Shown here: positions 57,401 through 64,000 of the stretch, piece by piece | Layout of the letters: every line of letters starts with the position of its first letter | Numbering within the stretch: the first letter of the stretch is position 1 | Origin: Podarcis filfolensis | Taxonomy: Eukaryota | Reading direction: 5' to 3' (one strand) | NCBI GenBank assembly: GCA_964270895.1 | Contig: OZ185442.1 | DNA: 64,000 nt | The notes under the pieces: model-generated | The model's input: only the letters and a program-made list of their open reading frames with translations | What the model was told of the DNA's origin: nothing | The model's database searches: none | Program-made: the position numbers and the translations under genes

Positions 57401-60400
57401 GCATGCCTCAGATTGTTCTGAGTGACATTCATTTGCCCTTTCATCTGTTCCTCCCAGCCCCATTCTGCTGCAGTTGATTTCTTCAGCACAGTATAAACTT
57501 ACCATTGTATCTCAGGGTGTTTCCAGACTTTCAGTATTTTGTGAGAGGGATTCAAACTCTTACTGGAACTTTAGGTTTGAGGAGCTAAAATGAGTCAGAA
57601 TACTCTGTTGCCCTAGCCTAGTGCAACAAACCCACTTTAGAAAAACAACTCTTTCAAAAGTGTGTGGTTAATGAATGTTAAACAAGAAGCTTGCTCCCAG
57701 TGCCAGTCAGTTGGTTGGCATGAACAGTGTATCATCAAAGGTAATCACTGCAACCACTGGTCTGCCATTACAGCAACCTCCTTTGATCTTAGACTGGTAT
57801 CAGTCACCTGACAACATTATGACATCAGGTGATTGACAAGTGAGCAGTTCTGCCAACCTGTCAGAGTTGGCCTGGGAGTGGGAGACATAGGCATCCAGCG
57901 CCGGATCCTGTTCCCCACTCTTACATACCTCATTATAAGGCCTTTCAAAAGGGGTGCCAAACAGTGGTTCCAGTTGTACCTTTCCCTCATGCTCAGGATA
58001 TTGGGTGTCAAAGTGATGCTGATCCTGAATTGAACCTTTGTCCTGCTCTTCTGATTTCAAACAAGGACATAGCTCAGTGGCAAAAGATAGACACCAGATT
58101 CATATACTGAGGAGAGAGCCTAGATTAACTATAAAGTTCAGTTATAAAGACCGGGGACGGGACAAACCCAGTTTGATAAAAATTGGCAATGAGGCATGGC
58201 ATATAACTAGTTATCAAGGCTGAGGGCTAGGCCTTGTGTTGTGTTAATTACGTAATAATAATAATATAATAATATAAAAATTCTAAGCTACAAAAACAAC
58301 TGAAAAAACCAAGAAATTACGTGATTTATTTGAGAAACAAGTTGCCAGAAATTCTCTCCTACCCTCGAACTTTAATCCACCTCTTTAAATGTGCATAAAT
58401 AAATTTTAGATGTTTGTCAGAATGCCTCCATATTTCCAGATGTAACAAATGTTACTTATGTGTTTTGTAGCTTCACTCCAGAGAGCATAGCAATATCCCT
58501 CTCCAGACATCAAGTATTGTCAGCAGCACTGAGAAACCATGTCTTCTTGTCACTGTCCTGCAGCAACTCCTGGATTTAGTGGATCGTTATTGGAACGGCT
58601 CTGGCTCCCTTTTTATCAATAAGGATTTCCTTGGTATGCTCTTCTAGGCTCAGGCTATGTGCCTAAAACTCCCACCACCCCTTTCTTTTCAGAGAAGGGA
58701 AGCAGACCACTTGCCAAGCATGTCACCAGGCAATATTCAGTGTCCTTGTTTGCTGTGCACATCACCAGACTATTTGCATCAGGGGTCACAAAGAATCCTA
58801 TGCAATTCTTGTATTCTATGCAAGGCATGGGGACTTTGAAACAGGAAGAATACCTCTCAGGATGTGCAGAATGACTTTCCCTCATAACACAGGGACCTGA
58901 TAACCAGGTCACATACACCTGGGCATTGGGGTAAACACTTTTAGGTAAACAGGATAACTCCCAGGCTAGCTAGAGGCTCAGCACCTCTTGTCTTTACTAC
59001 CTCTAACCCTGAACTTGACTGGTGAGTGCCAACAGCATAGTAGCCAAAATTGGGCCATGTAGGATCAAACGCAAATTTTGGCTTTGTTTGGCCTGCTTAA
59101 CTTGTTCTAATCTTCTCTTTTTTAGCATTCTTGTGACCATCATACCTCCTATCAGATGGATCTGCTTATTTCACCTACTGTATTTTCTTGAGTCTAACAT
59201 GCCATCAAATCTAATGGGCACCTCAGTTTTCAGAACCTTGAAACCAAAATAAGTATTTGCTGGCAAATGTAAATGTGCCATCGAATCTAATGTGCACCTT
59301 AATTTGGCCAAGAAAGGTGAGCATTAGATTTGGGTAAATATGGCAATATTTCAAATTTAACTGTAGGGCAGATTCTTTCATCTTTAATGACTCAGCAACT
59401 CCTAGCCTAGTTACTAAACACTAGGCAAGACCAGCTCTGTTGATTTTTCTTTTTGCCTGAAGCAAATTCATTCAAGATATTACAACACCCAATGTATTTC
59501 TTACTTTAAGTAAACACTATGTAGATTACAGCAGTAATAGGTAGAGAGCACACCACCCAGATACTTTACTCCACAAAAAAATGCAGCTGTTCAGGGTTAT
59601 GAGATGACCAGCCACTCTTATCTGAAAAACGCTGTGTTATGCAATACTCCCTTTACAGGCAAGTCTGAATTCATTAAAAATATAATGTAATTGACCTGCA
59701 TGAAGGACTCTGCAACTTGAAAACAAAGACACTGAATGTACTTTTGTTACTCATTAAAAATCTTTTAATAAAAATGTATTTTTAAAAAGAAAAACCAGAC
59801 CTCCAAGCAGATAAAATCCAGACTTATGTCCTCCGGTCACCACTCTGTAAAATACAGTATTGATAAGGCGAGTTAAAACCAATTAATACAAAATTAAAAC
59901 TAACTTTAAAAGCTGAAAGCTACAGAGCAACCAGGATATACCAACATATTTTGGGGGATCCTGAAATTTGCAATAGTACAGAAAACCTTTAGAAGGGGAA
60001 AAAACACAAATGGAACGACAGCAACAACATCCAAAGCAGGTCACTGGGGACTGAGTATGCGCAGTAGCCAAAGAATGTGAACAACAGGGTCAGGAGAGGT
60101 GGGGTGGGGGTGGGGCTGACTGGGTTATCCTGAGACAGGGCAGGGCTGGTTGGCTGGAACCCTGATCAGGAGCAATATACACACTGCAACATTTGGCTGC
60201 AGGTCCCACTTATCATGTTTTAATCTGGTTTGTGCTTTTATTGTCTTGCAGCTCCAGCACGCGATTTGCTTGCATACTTGATGGCGGCTGCCCGTTCACA
60301 GCAGGATGTTTGCTCAGCCCGCAAAGCCGTGCTAGGCCCCAGCTCCTCAGGGTTCAGTTGCCAGCTTCCTAGGGAACAACCAAAGTATTCTCAGCAGCAC

Positions 60401-63400
60401 TGCAGCAGTGCCATCGACAAGGCTATGAGGGTACGTGCTTTTCACCATTGCTTCCCTCTTCCTTCCTCGGTAAAGTGGAAGCAAACCTAGTTCTGTTTTA
60501 TGAGAGAATCTTTAATTTTTTATCATTAAGATAACTTACTGTCCAGCTATCTGATAAGCCATGTGCGCAAGTCCGTGCTGCTGCTCTGAATTATGGAGCC
60601 GTCCAGCCCAGAGCCTGTGACTTATGTGGATCACCATGTGCCAGGGGTCAGGCAGTGGCTGAGAGCCCCCCTAGACTCAGAAGGATCCCTCCCTGACCCA
60701 GGCTGGCTGTGCCAGCACTTGTCACCCTCCATGCCAGCCCCGTCGGCTGCTATGCCACCTCCAAATGACAGAACAAGAAATGTCCACAGACCCCCAACAC
60801 ACTGGGGCCTCCTGCCATCTGACACTGAGCCTGAGCGCTTTGTATTTTTCTTTAAACACCAGAATGTGATGCAAAACCCACACAGCACAGCTTCCCTCTG
60901 GGTATCTGGGTAGCCTCCCACTGCCACACACTCTCATAAACAGTACCCTACAGCCTCTGGATTGCTCTCCCAGCAAACACAGGCCCTTACAGCACCTTCT
61001 TTGCAACCCAATATTCTCAAAACCTCTATACTCTCTTCATAGTCATGGGGGTTTTATGTTGCGGTTTCATTACATGCATTGCATCTGAATGCCAAAAAAC
61101 AAACATTGCTTTATTTAGAAGGTCCCGGGCTGATTGGTGACGGGATGGTGTTGTCTTCAGAAATCTCTAGCCCTGCCTAAAGAAGAAACCTTCTTGATCT
61201 CACATGCGTGGCCACATATTTATGTCAGACCAACAGAGTCCCCTTTCCCCCTTGTTGAACTACCCTACCAACGCTTTCCTTCCCTCCCCAACAGAAGGTG
61301 GAAGAGAGTCAGAGCCCACCTTTCAAAGAAAGAGGCGTGGAAGGTGCTGGTGCTGCTGCTGCTGCCGTCACCTCCAGTTCCAGCTCCCATGGAATATATT
61401 CTCTCTCTTATGGTAAGTTCACTGGTAAAATACCAGAGCGATGTCTGACTGCATTTGTCAATGCTAGGACACTTCTACACTTGTGTTGAGGGAGGCTTTC
61501 ACATAATCAGTCAGCCTAACTGCTGTTTCTACATGCGCCAGATGAATGAGAGATTGACTATCTCTCCTGCTCGAGTCAAGACTCGGGCTGGCGTTGAAGA
61601 TCACAGGCACAAGCCCCTGCCCCAGTAAAATAGACAATGTCCCCCATAGGATGTTTCATTGTGCCATTTCCACCACCAGTGACCATTGCTACAGAGCTTG
61701 CCTGGGAGAACTTCCTCTCAGCTGGGGAAGGCAGATTAGTACCACAACATCCAGCCATGGGGGAGGGGTTTGGGGTGAAGCCAGAGAGATGCAAGATGAC
61801 ATAGAAGGATGGACAGGGTGACAAAGGAGCTGGAAGGAACCAGATTTTGAACCGTGCTGATAGCCATTAAGTTTACTGTACCTTCTTGGGCCAGTCACAA
61901 GGATTAAATAGGGGGCAGGAGGAATGAGGGCATGAGTTTATTGGAGGAAGGGCAGGCTATAAATAAAATAGTGTGTTGTTTTTTTAAAAAGATTAAAAGT
62001 GTTGATTAAAAACTAAACAGCAGTAGCAGCATCTGAACAATACAAAAGTACATTCGAAGTCTACAATACGGGTGGTAAAACAAAGTCTCCAAAGGGGTGC
62101 ATGTTCCAGTTCAGTTTTCATACTATCTCTGTTCTTCTGCTGCGCCTAGATTCAGAATAAAATGGATACCCCAAAAAGCCATTTGAAAGACTTCAAATGA
62201 TCATAGCTAGAATAATAGGTGGGGTTTCATGGGTCACTTTGCTCTGTACCTTTTCCCATGCCTTTGATCAAGCACAGCTCTAGCTTTGCTCATCCACTGA
62301 TATTTTTCTCCTAGATGAGTTGTTAAGTAGAAATGAGCAGCTGAATGCCCAGGTGGACATCTTAACTTTTGAATTAAAGCAGCTTAAAAAGCAACAGGAC
62401 ACCATCAGTTTGCTGAAGGAGAGCCAAAGGTAAATTAAGTTTGGCAGTTCCATTTAGGGGAGGGGACGTAGGGCTGTCATTCCATTTTTTATCCCTCCCT
62501 TCCTAAAAGCAGCTCAGCATGGCATTTATGGTGCCCCCCCGCCACTTTTGTCATCACAACATCACTGTGAGGTGGGCTAATCTGAAAAAGTGACTAGTTG
62601 AGAGAGTCAGAGTCTCTTTCACAGTCACAGTGGGGATTGCAAATTTGATGTAGAGGGGAAGAAGAAAAGAGCATTGAAAGCAGATCCTGTCCTTTGCTGA
62701 TGCTTGTGATAGACACCTTTCGGAGGGGAGAAAGAAAGCTGCTTTTTGTAAGCAAATGCAGCAGGCAGGACTTCTCCTGTGCTCTGCTGATGCTCACAAA
62801 AAGCACTTTTTATTTCTTCTTGCCTTGGCTGCTGTGCAGGGAAAACGCAAGAGGCAAAATCCTGGTTTGGCTGCAAGTACCTGTTTGCAAACCCAAGACA
62901 GGATTGAACCATGCCCTCCTGTCCATTAACTAATGCCATGAGCAATGTGACCTGGTTTATAGGGGGACATGGGTTATGGGACAATTAAACCCTCTAGTCA
63001 GGGTCAGGATTAGTCCCTATGCCGCATGTCCAATGATTGAAAATATCAAGTTGGAGACTTACAGGTTGGCAACTAATGAAACTCCTGTTTGAAGTACGTA
63101 GCTTTTCTTGTTGGTTTGAAAGTCCAAGAAAGCTAACTCATTCAGAGATGCTGGGCTCAGTCAAGGGTGGTCCCTGTTCATTGTTTCCTTCTTGCCAGGT
63201 CCCTTGTTTCCACAAACAACTTCCTTCTGCAGCAGCTGAATAAAGAACAAGAGCCTTCCGTAGGCAAAGCAGGCCGTCTTTCGGAGAAGATCCCTGATGC
63301 TCCTTGTCATGCCTCTTGCCCTGCGAGGACGTCCCATCGTGCTTCCCTCACCTCTCCCATTGCTTGGAATCCAGAAATGTTAAGCGGCTGTCCTCTCTGA
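39474..63400 (+). CDS. LRRC36: LRRC36, leucine-rich repeat protein 36 (CEP72 paralog), complete spliced CDS, 14 exons, 743 aa
   Basis: join(39474-39543,41168-41295,46117-46309,49716-49809,49916-50001,52941-53065,53792-53843,54688-55164,57045-57274,58471-58633,60252-60430,61295-61412,62315-62429,63199-63400) = 2232 nt, phase-consistent. LRR/LRRcap LNLYYN..LDLRLNPV..DYRLF; QLLDLVDRYWNGSGSL; PARDLL; C-terminal coil ..ESQRSLVSTNNFLLQQLNKE. Confidence 0.92.
40584..40713. mobile_element. Degenerate hAT-like MITE (same family as 19297)
   Basis: Shared aggg..accagttc..gggggcgc and tgaga..caa.gtcc..ctg motifs. Confidence 0.5.
41168..41295 (+). CDS. LRRC36: LRRC36 exon 2 (LRR)
   Basis: EQVESISLQGTHAAKIVSLGDGLKAFKNLQSLDLSKNLLACLE; GAG|gtgagt. 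Confidence 0.95.
41616..41791 (+). mobile_element. RTE-BovB LINE 3' end
   Basis: atgttgggaaagatggagggcacaaggagaagggg..gcctggcgtgctttggtccatggggtcacgaagagtcggacacgact (LGKMEGTRRRGRQRTRW); tail appears to resume at 42921. Confidence 0.9.
41792..42920 (-). mobile_element. L2 LINE, 5'-truncated, open RT C-terminal frame, 3' UTR and (ATT)n tail
   Basis: Minus strand LAQLVRSFGLGCHQYADDTQLY..WLKLNPSKTEVL..RLDYCNSL..QNAAARLL..LHWLPVEYRIRFK..KTELFHQAF; stop at 42014. Confidence 0.93.
42950..43470 (+). mobile_element. Probable LINE (L1-like) 3' UTR with poly(A) signals
   Basis: A/C-rich stretch, poly-C tract, caataaaatctttaataaaaa and an A-rich end; family not recognised. Confidence 0.35.
43819..44000 (+). 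mobile_element. Squam3-like tRNA-derived SINE
   Basis: gccacagcttcgtggcagagcagctgttttgcatgcagaaggtctcaggttcaattc..ctccaggtagggctgggaa..gcctgaaaccctg. Confidence 0.75.
44270..44350 (+). mobile_element. L2 3' tail
   Basis: tgtgaactgccttgag..gaagggcagaatataaatttaataaataataaaat. Confidence 0.6.
45770..46010 (+). mobile_element. CR1 RT fragment
   Basis: cacactggaatgctgtgtg..gagttggaaaaggtctagaaaag..gaggtttataaaactatgcatg. Confidence 0.7.
46117..46309 (+). CDS. LRRC36: LRRC36 exon 3 (LRR, LRRcap)
   Basis: GLEYLQLLQHLNLYYN..LDLRLNPVTRKESDYRLF..; G|gtgaga. Confidence 0.95.
48806..49058. mobile_element. hAT/Charlie MITE inserted in a CORE/MIR-like SINE
   Basis: 5' TIR CAGGGGTGCCCAAAC, degenerate 3' TIR; perfect 8-bp TSD GTGTAAAG (48798-48805, 49059-49066). 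Confidence 0.85.
49716..49809 (+). CDS. LRRC36: LRRC36 exon 4
   Basis: DERTIRKRERKAAHLHF..; AG|gtatgg. Confidence 0.92.
49916..50001 (+). CDS. LRRC36: LRRC36 exon 5
   Basis: tcaag acceptor, RENTMRSE.., G|gtaggt; supplies the required phase 2 to 1. Confidence 0.75.
50125..50285 (+). mobile_element. CR1 3' tail
   Basis: gaaaacagaatgctggactggatgggccactggcctgatccag. Confidence 0.7.
50646..51000 (+). mobile_element. Full-length Sauria SINE (Squam1)
   Basis: gggacgcgggtggcgctgtgg (box A), ggttcgaatgcc (box B), BovB-related tail ..gtcaggggtccctttacctttt; near-TSD TAAGTCCATATC / TAACTCCATATC. Confidence 0.92.
51421..51456. repeat. (AC)n microsatellite
   Basis: Direct reading. Confidence 0.9.
51748..52421. 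mobile_element. Tc1/mariner (Tigger-like) non-autonomous element with internal palindromes
   Basis: TA|CCGTATTTTTCGC ... GCGAAAAATATGG|TA; subterminal aggacgcac / gtgcgtcct repeats. Confidence 0.85.
52941..53065 (+). CDS. LRRC36: LRRC36 exon 6
   Basis: 125 nt, phase 1-0, CTG|gtaagt; little peptide similarity, called mainly on splice signals and phase. Confidence 0.7.
53792..53843 (+). CDS. LRRC36: LRRC36 exon 7
   Basis: tcttccag|LDNANARQFLSHNSLDR, G|gtgagt; phase 0-1 bridges to exon 8. Confidence 0.7.
54688..55164 (+). CDS. LRRC36: LRRC36 exon 8
   Basis: ORF 54660-55235; FHVSF..SSCGDFL..LKLNS; G|gtaaag. Confidence 0.88.
55453..55678. mobile_element. Tc1/mariner MITE
   Basis: TA|CAGTGGTACCTCGGGTTA ... 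TAACCCAAGGTACCACTG|TA. Confidence 0.9.
57045..57274 (+). CDS. LRRC36: LRRC36 exon 9
   Basis: long pyrimidine tract then cag; RSLSPSRMEFK..KHCFKEPVTE; GAG|gtgagt. Confidence 0.88.
58471..58633 (+). CDS. LRRC36: LRRC36 exon 10
   Basis: ..VTVLQQLLDLVDRYWNGSGSLFINKDFL; G|gtatgc. Confidence 0.94.
59178..59343. mobile_element. Degenerate Tigger-like MITE
   Basis: ta-ctgtattttcttgagtctaa ... ttagatttgggtaaatatgg; internal aatctaatg repeats. Confidence 0.55.
60252..60430 (+). CDS. LRRC36: LRRC36 exon 11
   Basis: APARDLLAYLMAA..; AGG|gtacgt. Confidence 0.87.
61295..61412 (+). CDS. LRRC36: LRRC36 exon 12
   Basis: pyrimidine tract then acag; KVEESQ..SLSY; G|gtaagt; phase 0-1 as required. Confidence 0.75.
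62315..62429 (+). CDS. LRRC36: LRRC36 exon 13 (coiled coil)
   Basis: DELLSRNEQLNAQVDILTFELKQLKKQQDTISLLKESQ; AG|gtaaat. Confidence 0.94.
62500..62640 (-). mobile_element. CORE/MIR-like SINE remnant
   Basis: tcacaacatcactgtgaggtgggcta..gtgactag pattern. Confidence 0.4.
63199..63400 (+). CDS. LRRC36: LRRC36 exon 14 (terminal)
   Basis: cttgccag|RSLVSTNNFLLQQLNKE..SGCPL*. Confidence 0.92.
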
Positions 63401-64000
63401 CAGAAAGCACAGAATCACTTTCTTCCCATGGTGACTGTCGTACAAATTATGCTTCATTTTCACATAGCCAATCAATCAATCTCTTTATTACAGGCAGTGA
63501 CCAGTATTCTTCATTTTCACATAAGTATAGTATGAAAGCCTGTTGGCAGGTGTGCCTACTCTTTGCTGCTTTTATTGGTACCATTTCTTTGACTCCTCAT
63601 GGCCCTAGGAGGGACTCACTGGAGTGTCCAGATGTGCTCTGAGGACATCCCAAAAGAGAAGCACCCACAAACATACTTATTTCACACACTCCAAGGCCAG
63701 GAAGAGAGTCCACAGCCTCCCTGCTCTACCTTTTTTCCTCAGGGACATTGGCTTCAGCTCCCATCTCCCAGTTTGTCCTCCATGCCTGAACCAAAGTCCA
63801 GCTTTCCAGTGGCCATCATACAGTGCCTATGGTTAACTCCGTCTCCTTTTCCCTATTCCAAAACACCCTTCTGCTGTTCTCTTCCACACATGCCCCTCGG
63901 TCCTTTCCCTGGGCCCAGAAGGCTTCCTTTCTTCAAACTTTATAGAGTGGCCAAGGCTTCATTGTCTCACAGTATCCAGATGGAAAGGTGTGGTGGTTTG

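Noticed and set aside
57800-57840. 12-bp inverted repeat TCAGTCACCTGA/TCAGGTGATTGA as a pre-miRNA
   Set aside because: The stem is too short; such motifs are common inside squamate DNA transposons.
60593-60913. 106-aa plus-strand ORF with good Kozak context (MEPSSPEPVTYVDHH..) and a nearby TATCTGATA double-GATA site in LRRC36 intron 11
   Set aside because: No recognisable homology, splice structure or promoter evidence. A tBLASTn conservation test or Ribo-seq would be needed to revive it.
1-64000. CRISPR arrays, operons, or defence/phage-type systems
   Set aside because: The DNA is eukaryotic and intron-rich. No regularly spaced repeat-spacer array or prokaryote-like gene cluster is visible.
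63401-64000. TPPP3 coding sequence
   Set aside because: No TPPP/p25 peptide was seen in any frame within the window.

Overview
Vertebrate genomic DNA, almost certainly a squamate and probably a lacertid lizard, judged from Sauria/Squam SINEs, RTE-BovB, young L2 and CR1 copies. Three multi-exon genes were reconstructed by hand with consistent GT-AG junctions and phases. (1) The 3' 13 coding exons of the RhoGEF PLEKHG4 (+, 1123-15692; the 5' part lies upstream of the window). (2) The complete 16-exon KCTD19 (-, 39292-19077, 921 aa). (3) The complete 14-exon LRRC36 (+, 39474-63400, 743 aa). KCTD19 and LRRC36 are head-to-head on a CpG island, with start codons 181 bp apart. The order matches the human 16q22.1 block as I recall it. 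Gene names come from recognising the translated peptides, not from a database search. Introns hold many SINE, LINE and MITE fragments. I see no convincing wholly new biological system. The best leads are: a one-codon terminal exon that completes a class I PDZ-binding motif on PLEKHG4; an RFX X-box plus MYB site in the bidirectional promoter; a poly(A) signal overlapping the KCTD19 stop codon; a young L2 nested in a BovB tail; and a MITE with internally flipped 34-bp hairpins. Repeat boundaries are approximate unless a TSD or TIR is quoted.
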